From Takakia lepidozioides (taxonomy: Eukaryota > Plantae > Bryophyta), in contig CM060734.1 in assembly GCA_030704615.1 (NCBI GenBank), forward strand, positions 48,546,001 to 48,610,000: 64,000 bases of DNA, written 5' to 3'. A program made the position numbers and the translations under genes. Below are positions 34,667 to 47,136 of the stretch, piece after piece. The notes beneath the pieces are model-generated. The model worked only from the letters and a program-made list of their open reading frames with translations. It did not search any database and was not told the DNA's origin. Within the stretch, counting starts at the first letter, position 1. Each line of letters opens with the position of its first letter.

Positions 34667-37600
34667 AGGTAGTTAGAATCTAGCAGATCGTAGTATACCA
34701 CATATAGCACCCCTCCTCAAATCCAGTAGAAACACGCCACGTCAGCGAGTCAGCTCTAACATCGGTTATGGGGCTGACCGACCTCTGACCCGGAGGTTGG
34801 CGCCACGTATTAATGAAAGGACGTTTCTGTGGATGAAAGCTACGTACTTATCTTGTTGCTATAGAAGTAGGACCAGTGTCCTAAACCTGATACCAGACCG
34901 CTGCATGTTGGGGCCCGGGCGACTTCTAAGCAAAAATATCCCTTGAAAACATTTATTTATTTATTTATTTATATTTATAATAAGAATAACAGATAAAAAA
35001 CTAATTCTGTCTGAGTGCGACGATCCTGCATGGGGGAGCTAGTATGATGCTTTTCATTTTTGGGTCATTGTTTTCCGCCCAGAGTCCCTTGCTTTACACA
35101 GACCCTACACAAACTCATGTATCCAACACCCAAAACGCAATCTCCCCCTTTTTGTAGTGCTATTTCCCCCCTGTGTAGAATGTGTTGCTCGACTTCTGTA
35201 CCGAGCCTTACAGTGGTGGTTTATGTTTCACCACATTTTATTTATAAAGTTGATTGGAGTTTTGTCTCCTTTCAACAACAACAACAACAAAAATGTGACC
35301 TTCGTTAGTGCATATTTGGTCTCCATTCCCTATTTTCAGAAAAAGGCGACCATTGCATAATTATGATGGCCAACTTGAAGGCGTGCCGTGTGAGAAGGTT
35401 CAAGTTGTGAATCTTTGACCCTCACTTTGAGGTTGGGTAGCGCCATACACTCTCACAGTACAGTCCATGCTGGGGGGTTGGTATAGTGTGAGCATGACAT
35501 GAGTACAACTAGTCTCATGGGGGTTTTATGTTTTTTAACCTCTGTCATAGGAGTTATACATTTTCCCTTAAACCTTGCTTAACCCTTAACTTCTTACAAG
35601 GTAATTTTTTTCACTCCCAAAAATCACTATCCCTTGGAACTAAGGGGGGGACTAACCACCTACCAGCATTCATCCACAAAAATTGACTGTACACATACAT
35701 GCCTACATGGCCTTTACACCATCTCCCCAAATTTTGGGAATTTTCACTATTGAGTTTGAGAGATTATATTGTTTTTTTGGGAAAGTTTTTTTTTTCTTTT
35801 AGTTTAAAAAAAAAAACCTTTATTTGCTTTGACCAAGCATGTTGAGGGGCTTTTTGAATTTTCCAAATGGGCTACCCCAAATTCTCATAATGTATATTAC
35901 AAATGCAAAGTGCATGCCAAATTTCACATCAAACCAACATTTTACTGCATATGTTGCTTTATATGTGTTTTGGTGAGGGTTGACATGTCGATCCCTAGAA
36001 AGCACTTTCAAGCCTTAAGCTTACCTCCAGACCATGTCATCCCAAAAACCATAATTACACAAATCCCTCTAGCGAGGGGCTGTCTTACAATATCCATAAG
36101 CATCGAGAAAATTTTCAAGAGAATCCATTGGTGAAAACCAAAATTCCAATAGCTCGAGTAGCATCGAACCATTTGGGCCTGCACTGCAAGCACAGCATGC
36201 AACTCATCAGTGGCAATTCTAGTCAACTCCCTTCCACCCAATAAATTTTTGACCCATGTCCCTTTAGAAAAATATGGAGGTCGCATGCTTGCTCCAAATG
36301 GCATGCAAGAAATTGGAGGGTGGTCCAGGAATTAGGAAGCGGGGGTTATAGTATGCTACACCTAGAGTTGAATTAATAACTGCCATGTGAGGGGGTAAAA
36401 AAAAAAAGATAGGAAAGTGAGACCTATTAAATAGGGGATGGTTAACGCGCCATGGGGGAAGCAAGTGTCACCTAGGGGTGACATGTGTCCCAAGGCAACC
36501 TTCTAGAAGTGTCCCACCGCCCTATGAGGGTATGTATATAAAGAGAGCCGGGCTCTCTTCCCCTGCATATGGCATACCGGCAAACAAGAATTGCAATGCA
36601 CACATGTGATATGTGACGGTAATCCAAGTCCTTGATACAATAGGGCAAACCTCATTATATGTGAACTCTAGATCTTCGAATTTTGATGACCCAGTACTGA
36701 TAACAAATTGCCAAGAAATGACAACAATCCTGCCCGCAATGTGGCGCTACCCGTCCAACCTAAAAATGAAGTGACATAGGGTGGGCCGCCGCATGTAGCC
36801 TCAACCTAAGTCGGGACTACAGCCGGTTTAGTGCTTTGTACCTGCCACCTGTCCAGTCAACTCAAAGAAGCGCAGCTCGTTTTGGGCAATGCTAACGGGC
36901 CAAAATTTGCCCATGCCATTTTTTATTTTTTTGAGGAGAGGCTTCCTAAGAGGTAGATCTACATTTCTCGTTTAGACCTCATTCCCATCCGAGAGCATCT
37001 TATGATGTTGCGGAGAATCTCCCGCGAATCTCCCCAAGCAAGCGACCCGATTCGCTTGAGAGATTCAGGGTTAACTATCTCCTTCAACTTTTATTGGCCC
37101 TGCCTTTACTCAGAGAAAGAAGAGTGGTGGCTCTAGTGGTAAAGGTAGAAACTCCTAGATGGCGAAAGGTAGAGTTGCGCAGTCGGCCGGCTAGCTCCTT
37201 GGCAAGGGTCTAGACCCCCAACTGGCCCCTCTAGGCTGGAGATCGTCCCCTAGGCAGAACCTGGCGCCTCGGGGGAGGATGAGCAGCAAGTCCTTTATCT
37301 GAATATGGACTGTGTCAAGTCACAGTCCCGAAACATGTCACAGTATGGTAACTTGGTCCACGTCCCGGGGAGAGTGCATGAAAGACAATGGATCAGGCTT
37401 TTATAAGGTGTTTTGCAAAACACATCATCAACATAGTGATCTTTCAAAATCATCAATCATTGTGCAAGTCACACAGTCACACAGACAGCACTCTCTTTGT
37501 CAAAGGTTTCATCAAACTGGGTGCCAAATCTACAACCATGAGGCTATCACAACAAGATATGATAGTTCTACCTCAGCAAGACTTCCATTTCGACAAGCAC

Positions 37601-38388
37601 ATGCTGACTAGAGGTAACTCTTGGTTTGAAAACTACTCCCATATAGGCCCAAGGCACCACCAGAATACCAGTAATAAGATATATTGCTAGGAAAAGCAAG
37701 GTATCACCTAGGTACTTGGCTACCTTGGACTTTATAGAGAGGTATGCAGTACGTCATTCCTTTTCCTGTAGAGACAATGTCTTTTTAGTTGCCAGATTAC
37801 TAACTAGTTTCTCAACAAGTTCAAGTATTTTATCATTTTGAATCCTCAAACTTTTCATGGCTTATACAGGTGATCTACCTCTAGGTACTCACAAGTGCAG
37901 ATCAAGTTTGTTGTTATCCAACTCTATCAACCTGGAATGTAGCATCTCTCTGTTCATCTGCAGTTACCCAACCTGGACGCAACATGATTAATTCAGAATT
38001 GTGAACTCCCCATCCTGAGATACAAACCTACATCCCTAGTCATGTCAGAGTCATAATAAATCATGTCAGTGAAGGACTTCTCACAGATAATGTATGCTTT
38101 TATATTGAAGAACTGTCGAAGAATTGACTTGTTTATGGTATGTGGTGTGAGTTTATCTTAGTGTAGGTCGTGGCAGTGGTTGTGGTGGTCATTCTCATAT
38201 CCCTTAGTATCAGGCAGTTGTGCATGAATGGTTCTAAAAATGAGAAGAATGATTTTCTTTTCAGAGACTGATTGGTTGATATAACCAGATTTAGACTGGG
38301 GTGGGTGGAAGAATGGGAAATGGAAGGGGATGAAACAGTTTCAACATTCCCCTGCAGAATTCCATGTGATATTTGGTCAGAATTATGT

Positions 38389-38665
38389 TGTTGAATTTCA
38401 TTGTGTATACGATGAATGATTCGCTGGACACATAGATGAATTAGTATGCCAGATCATAGGATTCAAACTGTTTCCCGCCCAAGTGTGTTCCCGCCTAACT
38501 GGCTATGGCATCTCTCTGATCTGGTGTAGTTAGATATATGCTTGTGTGTACTCTCTATCTTGTAACCTTGTATGAGCATCTTTTGAGCATGTCGTTGCTC
38601 CGTTTCTTACAACTGGTCTATTGTTCTTCCTTTCTATTCTAGTGAGTATTCATTTACGTTCAACA
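38389..38665 (+). repeat. 5' LTR
   Basis: TGTTGAA...TTCAACA, direct repeat of 42806-43082. Confidence 0.97.
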
Positions 38666-41600
38666 GGTTATGGGCCCACACACGGTACTTTGACAAGTGA
38701 TCCATTGAAAGGAACATAGATTTCTACAAACAGTCTGAAAGGATAGTAGTTTATTTTTTAGGAATAAACTAAGCAGGCGTTGAGGCTGGTCGTGCGACTG
38801 AGCTACAGATTTAGTGTTGAGTTTTCGTTTTACTGAGCATAGTAAGAGTCTCAACAGTGTAGATGATGTAGATTTTTTTTATTTCTCGTACTTTCTTGGT
38901 TTTCAAAGGAATATTGATTGAGGTTGTTTCAGATTCTTGCAACATCGTGTAGACATCTTAAAGTTATAGATGCTGTAGAACTAGACAACTCAACATGAAT
39001 AACAAGGAAGAGGTGAAGGAAATCGCCGCTGTGGAGAAATTCAATGGAGAAAATTATCATCTGTGGAAATTCCACATGCAGTTCATCTTCCAGGCCAGAG
39101 AGCTATGGTCAATCGTGGAAGGGACATAGACGTTGAATGCAGCAACCGACAAAGCTGCATGGCAGAAGCGTGATAAAGTGGCTACGATAAGCATCGTGCA
39201 GTCCATCGACAGAGTTCATATGGTGCAGCTTATTAATTGTACTACAGCTGCTGATATGTGGGGAACTCTAAGCATGATACACAACCAGACGGCAGAAGAG
39301 AACATTACACACTGCAAGAGCAATTTTACAAGTGCCATATGCAAGAGCAGGATAGCATTGCTTCGTACACTAGTACCATCTCCGCTCTAAGAAGAAAGTT
39401 AAACGACCTAGGAGAGAGCATTAGTGAGAGACAATTGCTTACCAAGATTAAGGTCAGATTACCACCCAGTTATGATCCATTGTTGCTAGCCTGGGACAGT
39501 GTACCTGTTGCAGAGCAAACACTGAAATCATTTCTTGCTAGACTTCTAAAGAGAGAGATAACAATCAAGAGCAGAGCAGATGATCAGTCATTCTTTGACC
39601 AAGAGAGAGACGAGGCATTCTTTGCTGGGAAATATGGTGGTAGTGGAAAACAGAACCAGAAGAAAAACCTCACACCAAAGCAACGCAATGAGAGAGCACA
39701 AAGAATCACTGAGCTGAAGAAGAAAACAACCTGTCATGGTTGTGGTGAGGAAGGACATTGGTACAAAGAATGTCCACATTCTAAGAAGAATGAGAGAGGT
39801 CAGAGTAGCAGAAGTCATAGATGGCCAACTCTGGAGAATGCAGTTCAAGGTCGATGTACCCGAAGGACAAGCCAATGCAATCACCAGTGCAACTACTGAC
39901 ACTAGAAGAGGTACTATCAAAAGATGGCATGAACGTTTGGGTCATGTCCATTTTGATATGATTAAGAAAATGGAGAGGGAGGGTTTGATTACTGGTTTGA
40001 AGTTTACAGACCAAGACTCCGATGATCTTTTCTGTGTTGGATGTGCACATGGGAAGAACCATAGGCAATCTTTTCCTATAACTCATGAGCGACAGAGAGC
40101 TGAGAAGCCAGGACAATTCTATCACATAGATGTGTGCGGTCCCATGAGTGTAGCTTTGGTAGGAGGAGCCTTATACTTTGTGTTGTTCAAGGATGACTAT
40201 AGTGGATACACGTTGGTGTACTGTATTAAAAAAAAATCTGAGGTTCTTTCTTGTCTCAAGAAGATGATAGCTGAGTCAATGAGGGAAACAGACAACAAGC
40301 TTCTCAAACTAAGGAGTGATAGAGGAGGAGAGTACACTGGAAATGTGGTAAAATCTTTCCTCGACCAAGAAGGCGTTAAACATGAACTTACTTCACCTTA
40401 TACTCCCGAGCAAAATGGAGTAGCAGAGAGAGAGAATATGACACTTATTGAGAGTGTTAGGTGCATGATTCATGGTCGAAACATTTCTTTGAAATTTTGG
40501 GGAGAGGCTGTTCAGACTGCAGTTTATGTTCTTAACCGAACTGGCTCACGAACCCTAGAGGGGATAACTCCGTTACAAGCATGGTGCAACCGAAAGCCTG
40601 ATGTAGCACACATGCGTGTTTTTGGAAGTGATGCTTATGTGCACATTCCAAAGCAGCTTCGAAGCAAATTGGACTTTAAGAGCAGCCAATGTATTTTTCT
40701 TGGATACAGTGCTGAAAGTAAAGCGTACCGCCTCTGGGACAGAGTGAAGAAGAAGGTTATTATTAGCAGGGATGTTATCTTTCATGAGGACACACATGTC
40801 CATACAGAAGCTGCAGTATCACAACAGCAGCCAATGCAAATTTTACATCTCATTGAAGATGTACCCCATCAAGTTGAGGGGTCAGCACAATAAGTATTGC
40901 AAGGACCTACGGTGCCTACACCCGACTTTGTTTCACAGGCAACCGAGACATCCATCGAGTTGGTTGTTGATCTCGGAATCGCTCAAGAGCATGTTGATGC
41001 AGACAGTGGGAGCAGTGGAAGTTCTTCTATTTTTTATCAAGAGGAGAATAGTCATCATGAGCATGAAAAGATCGATACTGAGGTACCTAGAAAACGGTCA
41101 CGTGGACCCCCAAATCGTTTTGTGACTGGGTAGCCCAACCAGGGACATATACTTCCATTGGATGTGCAGTACAACAATTAATAGAGGAACCTCAGAACTA
41201 TGACCAAGCTATTGCTTCTGACCACAGAGAAGAGTGGGATAAGGCAATGACAGATGAGTATCAATCCCTGATAAAGAATGCTACATGGGAATTATGTGAG
41301 TTGCCCAAAGGAAGAAAGGCTGTGAAGAGCAAATGGATATATAAAGTGAAATGTAAATCTGATGGAAGCATTGACCGCTTCAAGGCTCGGGTGGTTGCTA
41401 AAGGATATTCTCATGAATATGGGATTTGACTATGAGCAAACTTTTTCACCTGTTGCCAAGTTTGACTCCATCAGGACACTCTTATCTATAGCTGCAGTGA
41501 AAGATATGAACTGCTACAGTTCGATGTGAAAACAATTTTTTTGCATGGGGATTTGGAGGAAGAAATTTATATGGAACAGCCACGGGGTTTTGAGGACAAA

Positions 41601-42805
41601 AAGAACCCAGGCTTAGTGTATCGACTGCTCAAAAGTATCTATGGGCTGAAGCAAGCAAGTTGTGCCTGGAACACCAAGTTCAATGAGTTTCTTATCCAGT
41701 ATGACCTGCAGCCTACGACAACAGATCATTGTGTGTACATCAATAACAAGAAGCCCCCTGTGCTTGCAATTGCCATCTTTGTGGATGATGGGCTTGGAGG
41801 TTGCAAAGATAAACAGAGGCTGGATTATGTGGTTGATCATCTCAACAAGGTTTTTGAGGTTACAACAGGAGCAGCGGATTGTTATGTTGGGCTGCATATC
41901 ACCCGAAACCGTGAGCAGAGGATGATCTTCATTGATCAAACTCATTATATTTTGCGCATACTTGTGAAATATGATTTTGATACAGCCAACACTGCTTCTA
42001 CACCCATGGATTCCAATGTGCAATTGAACTTGGATGCTCATCTTCAAAATGAAGAACTAGATTTTCCATTTTCTGATATTGTTGGGAGCATCAGGTTTGC
42101 AATGCTAGGGAGTCATCATGATATCACATTTGTTGTGGGAACAGTTGCAAAATTTTGTACCAAGCCGAAGCATGTACATTGCAATACTGTCAGAAGGATC
42201 ATGAAGTATGTACGAGGTACATCCCATTTCAAGTTATGTTATGCTGCTGGGGATGAGGAGAACACTTTGATGGCATACGCAGATGCTGATTTTGCAGGAG
42301 ATGTCGATGACAGGAAGTCAAGAAGTGGGTGTCTTGTTTTTGAACGGAGCACCAGTTACTTGGATTAGCCGTAAGCAGGCATGTGTAGCTGGATCGACTA
42401 CCGAAGCAGAATATGTCGCTGCATCACTGACATCAAAGGAAGTTGTGTGGCTGAGGAGACTGTTGGAGAACATTGGGTTTCCACAGACTGCTCCTACCAT
42501 GATTTTTGGTGATAACCAGAGTGCTATAAGGCTTGTGTACAACCCCGAGTACCATCGTTAAACCAAGCATATCGATATACGATATCACATGATTCGTGAT
42601 TTTCAGATCCGTCGCTTGGTTCAACTGTGGTACATTGGCACTCATGACCAGATCGCATATATCCTTACAAAAGCTCTACCAGCAGACAAGTTCAATCGTT
42701 TTCATTTTCTGCTTGGGCTTACCTGCGATCAATGAGTGGAAGGTTCACGTTACATTGATCAGTTTTTCTTTGATCATGAGTTGGTGCATCCACAATGAGT
42801 GGAAG

Positions 42806-43082
42806 TGTTGAATGTCATTGTGTATACGATGAATGATTCGCTGGACACATAGATGAATTAGTATATCAGATCATAGGATTCAAACTGTTTCCCGCCAAAA
42901 TGTGTTCTCGCCTAACTGGCTATGGCATCTCTCTGATCTGGTGTAGTTAGATATATGCTCGTGTGTACTCTCTATCTTGTAATCTTGTATGAGCATCTTT
43001 TGAGCATGTCGTTGCTCCGTTTCTTACAACTGGTCTATTGTTCTTCCTTTCTATTCTAGTGAGTATTCATTTACGTTCAACA
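42806..43082 (+). repeat. 3' LTR
   Basis: TGTTGAA...TTCAACA, direct repeat of 38389-38665. Confidence 0.97.
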
Positions 43083-43469
43083 TATGTTACCAATCCTGGG
43101 AAACAATGCACATCATATCAAAGAACTGTCAAGGAATTGGCTTTCTTATAGTAAGCGGTGTGAGTTTGTTTCAGTGTATGTAGTGACAGTGATTGTTGTG
43201 GTCATTAATATATCCCTTTCTGTTCAGAGGTTGTGCGTGAATGGTTCTAAAAATGAGAAACGTGAATTCATTTCTTTCCAGAGAGTCTGCAATATTCCAT
43301 GCGATCTTTGGTGTGTTTGCATTCAAGGTGAGTTGTGACTGCCTATACTTATCTTTTGCGTAGCACATTAGCTGCCCTGTAGCGGGTTTGTTGCCTCCCT
43401 ATATCTCTCTCTCTCTCTAGCTCTTTATATTGCCATATATTGGGAGGAAACTAATTGTCTGCGGTAGAG

Positions 43470-44300
43470 CTGTTAATTTGGTGGACCAATGAGATTAAAC
43501 TCAAGATAGCTGAGAGACAAGCCCTCTATAAAGAGTGCTGCAATTTGAAAACCAACAGAGAATTGTGGGCGAGGTATTACCAGCTCCGTAAAGATATCAA
43601 TCAGCTTGTTAGGTCTCAGAAGAAATTATATTGGGACAAATTATACAGTGAAATAAACTCAAACCACCATGGTGGTAATGACAAGAATTAATTCTGGTTG
43701 GCCCTTCAACGTTTGTACAAGCCCAAAAACGGTCAGCAAGTACAAGCGCTGAAGCTATTAAAGGTGCAGTGGTGACTTCATCGGTTGACATTGTCAAAAC
43801 CTTTGAAACTCATTACAGTATCATTGGCAGAACTTCTAGGTCTAATAGTGAGGGGTCTTCTGCTGAATGGAGGGACACAGTTGGAAAAACCTTTCATATG
43901 ATTCAAAACAACACTAAAAAACTGGAGTATATTTCAATGGCTTATAACGCTCCCATTAGTTCTTCTGAGATTGTGGAAGCAATTGAACATTTAAATGGAT
44001 ATATAAAGCTGGTGGACCTAATGGTATTGTCAACGAGCTTATCAAGCACAATGACGATCCCATGATAGAGGCCCTAGTTCTCCTCTTTCACCTTATCTGG
44101 AAGACTGAAATGATCCCCTTTCGCTGTTGACAGGGGGTCATTGTCAATCTATACAAGAAGGGTGACAGAGAAGAACCGGGGAACTACCGTGGCATCACGC
44201 TCCTCAATGCTGTTGGCACTTGAGACATTCTGCAGAGTTATAAGTACTCGTCTCGAGGCTGATCTGGAGTCTAGAGGTTGTTTCCACGAAAGACAATGTT
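43470..44300 (+). mobile_element. LINE ORF2 remnant (region before and at the start of RT)
   Basis: WWTNEIKLKIAERQ, PISSSEIVEAI, KAGGPNGIVNELIKH and GVIVNLYKKGDREEPGNYRGITLLN across frameshifts. Confidence 0.85.
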
Positions 44301-44538
44301 CACAAGAAGCTCAAAAAGCTTATATGCATGGATGAATGAGGCAGAGAGAGAGAGGGAGAATTCTACGTTAACAACCGCATGTCTTCCTCCGCTTAAAAGC
44401 TTCTATACAACCAACAAAACAGGGAGGAACGGGGGCAGTCACTACCATCCCCTTAAGAGCTCTAGGATTGAGAATGTCGTGCGGTAGAAAGGATTGCACA
44501 GAAACAGACAGACAGGTCAGTTGTAGGTGGGAAAAAAA

Positions 44539-45233
44539 TCTACTCCCCTAAAAGTCTCAAAACGTTCATTATAGTAGTTGTCATCCCTCTACTTGAGAGG
44601 AGCAAGAGCAGAAGTAGTACCTGGGCGACGGTGAGGGTAGATAAGAAGGTGAGGGACGCTGCGCACGGTGGCAGAATTGAGGCCAGTAGTGCTGATTGCC
44701 ATCCGTCGCCGTCGTTGCGTCTACATTTCAAATTTGTACAACCATGTCAACAATGTTACATAGTAATTATGTTTTTCCACGACAATAGGCCCTTTATCTG
44801 CCATCCTCGCCTATAGGGCCTACTTATCCACAAGCTTTGGTTGCGCTCACGCTTGTTCAAGCGCGAGCTCAACTCCTAGGCTCATGAGGGCTGGGCTCAC
44901 GTCGTAGCTACGCTGCGAAATCTGAACTGCTTATGGGTGGAAAGACTATGGGGTTGGTTGAATCACAGGTGGGGGAAAGCTGAGGCAGTGCCATGTGAAG
45001 GCCTTGAGAGACAATTGCCAGCTTTAAGTGGCTGGTCACCTGTCAAGGAGGTCAATGGTTCATAAAAGTCACATGTACATGAAGAAAGAAGTATTGTTCT
45101 GGCAGGGACAAGCAGGGAAGAAAACGAGTGGGGAAGATGGTCTGGAGAACGTTAGATAGAACTATGTGCAAGAATTAGTGCACGGCGTGGTGGCTGGGTC
45201 GACCGGAAGTGGTATCCGGTGCTGTGCATCTAG
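44539..45233 (+). mobile_element. Possible non-autonomous Helitron
   Basis: A|TCTACT start, hairpin ACCGGA-N7-TCCGGT (45202-45220), then CTAG|T at 45230-45234. Confidence 0.35.
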
Positions 45234-45703
45234 TGCTAGTTGAATCAGAGCTCACTGCTGACTTTTGTAGGTGCTAGAGACAAGGTAGTTCTTCCTTTGT
45301 AAAGAAAACCTGTGAATATGCTTCCATCAAGGACAGGTTGAAACGTTACTGGACTGAAATGGTTCTTGTCACAATCTGAGTTTTGAAAGAGTTGTTATAA
45401 GTGGTTCAACACCACACCCACTTTGGGGGCCGGCCTCATCCCCCCAAAAACTTGAGGGACCTGAATGTCAAGAGGTCCCTATTGATCCAAAAAGAAAATT
45501 GTTTCTTGTTTATATATATATATATGTATGTATGATGCGAATTGAGCTAGTGTAAATAAGAACCTCTTCCCTTTGTGGATACGGCCTCATTTCTAAGGTG
45601 GACTCGGAACCAATTAGGCAAATTGGCCACTTTCAATTTTTCTTTTATTTAGGATTAAGGCTGTAAGTGATGTGATGACTGTGAAGTGCATGATACGTAG
45701 GAG

Positions 45704-46330
45704 CAGTGTTTTTAATTCTGGCAGAATTTTGCACTTTTTCGACCTAAAAAAAAACGAACATTTTGTTGTAAAAACCCTATTTTCTCATGGATGAAATCGC
45801 CAAACTTCTCCAAAAAATATATAAATCTTGGATGAATTCGCCTAATATGGATGATTCACATGGATAAAAGTACAAAGAAGGATGATTCTGTCCAAAATTC
45901 AGTGGATGAATAGAAAATATGGCTATTTTCTGCAAAACCCAGTAGCCACTCCTATTTTTTTTGTTTTTTTGTTTTTTTTTAATGAAAGGGGACAGAAGCC
46001 CTGTTATTTTCCAAATTTGAAAACAAAAACATTGTGTAGGAGAGGGCTCAAAGGCAGTGTTTTGTTTTGGCGAAAAATCGCCAAATGGCAACCTCAAAAA
46101 AGTAAAATGGAATATTCTGTCGTAAATTCCTAATTTTTTCATGGATGAAATCGTCAAACTTCTACAAAGAAATAATAATAATGGATGAATTTGCTAGATA
46201 TGGATGATATAAATGGATGAAAGTATATAGGAGGATGATTATATCCAAATTTCAATGGATGAACAGAATATATAGCTATTTCTTGCAAAACATAATAGCC
46301 ACTCGTGCTATTTTTCAAATTTAAAAAAAA
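45704..46330. repeat. Two related CAGTGTT-initiated, ATGGATGA-rich repeat units (MITE-like)
   Basis: CATGGATGAAATCG(C/T)CAAACTTCT...TAGCCACTC blocks at ~45786-45951 and ~46140-46304, each preceded by GCAGTGTTTT. Confidence 0.6.
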
Positions 46331-46619
46331 AATCGCTCAAAGGGCCAATATTCCATCCATGTTGACGGAGGGCTAAACCGAGAGATTCATAGTATTCATG
46401 TTTATACATAATCGATTGGTCAGGATATCTATCATGATAAAATATGAATTATATTATATGAATGTGAGGGAGGGGCGTGGTCATGTTGGTACTGTTGACG
46501 AAATAGGGAGTCCATGGACAAGTAAAATATCATGGCATAAAGTTACTAGGTAGCGAGACATATAGAAGATAGGAGCCATGGAGGTATTGGCTGGATGAAT
46601 CATAATACTACTAATATAT

Positions 46620-46793
46620 TATGCCTTCCGAAGAAACGTAAATTATGGTGTCTCTTGACCCGGAAGGATTACTACCTTACAGCAGGAAGGTGGACGCTGT
46701 TGACAATGGACACCTTTGTGACACCAAGGGTGGATTGAACCCACAACCACTTCCAAGGTGGCATATGCCCATTACGAATGGGCTACAACTTGG
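46620..46793 (-). mobile_element. tRNA-derived SINE, copy 2
   Basis: Minus strand TAGCCCATTCGTAATGGGCA...GTGGGTTCAATCC...AAGAGACACCATAATTTACGTTTCTTCGGAAGGCATA aligns along its length with 11738-11900. Confidence 0.75.
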
Positions 46794-47136
46794 TTGTCCA
46801 CTGGATGAATAATTAGGCTGACGTGCCCAAAGTGTTTTGACAGATTGTGGGTCGTGGGCACAGCTGAGCCTCCGTTTGTTGTTGGGTTGCTGTCAGTTTG
46901 GTGTTTGCATCACGATTGCTTAACGGCATCAGCAAAAACGTGAAGGGACTTGTGGGAACGAAGGCAGCTGTTACTTACATCTCTCTGTCGCCGTCACCGT
47001 GGACTCCACTGTGCAGGCGTAACTTAGAGTCCTCCTTTGTGTGTGGCTGGGTCTCCTGTTAAATCAATTCTGCTTGCGTCCTTGTCTTGTATAAGCTTGC
47101 ATCTTGTGGCCCTGCCCAAAGGAGCTGCGTGTAGCT

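Larger units (their letters stand above)
38389..43082 (+). mobile_element. Ty1/Copia LTR retrotransposon, full-length ends, defective
   Basis: 277-bp TG...CA LTRs (38389-38665, 42806-43082; about 8 mismatches), 5-bp TSD TATGT (38384-38388, 43083-43087), PBS GGTTATGGGCCCA (38666-38678) and purine tract GAGTGGAAG before the 3' LTR. Domain order is gag (EKFNGENY, CHGCGEEGHWYKEC), integrase (WHERLGH, RSDRGGEY, PEQNGVAER), RT (FKARVVAKG, FVDDG), RNase H (ADADFAG, TEAEY), with several stops and frameshifts. Confidence 0.97.

Noticed and set aside
37312-37690. ORFs of ~100 aa
   Set aside because: No recognisable motif or splice context.
15182-44300. The two LINE fragments as halves of one inverted element
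   Set aside because: They are 27 kb apart with no overlap or shared TSD, and a gene lies between them.
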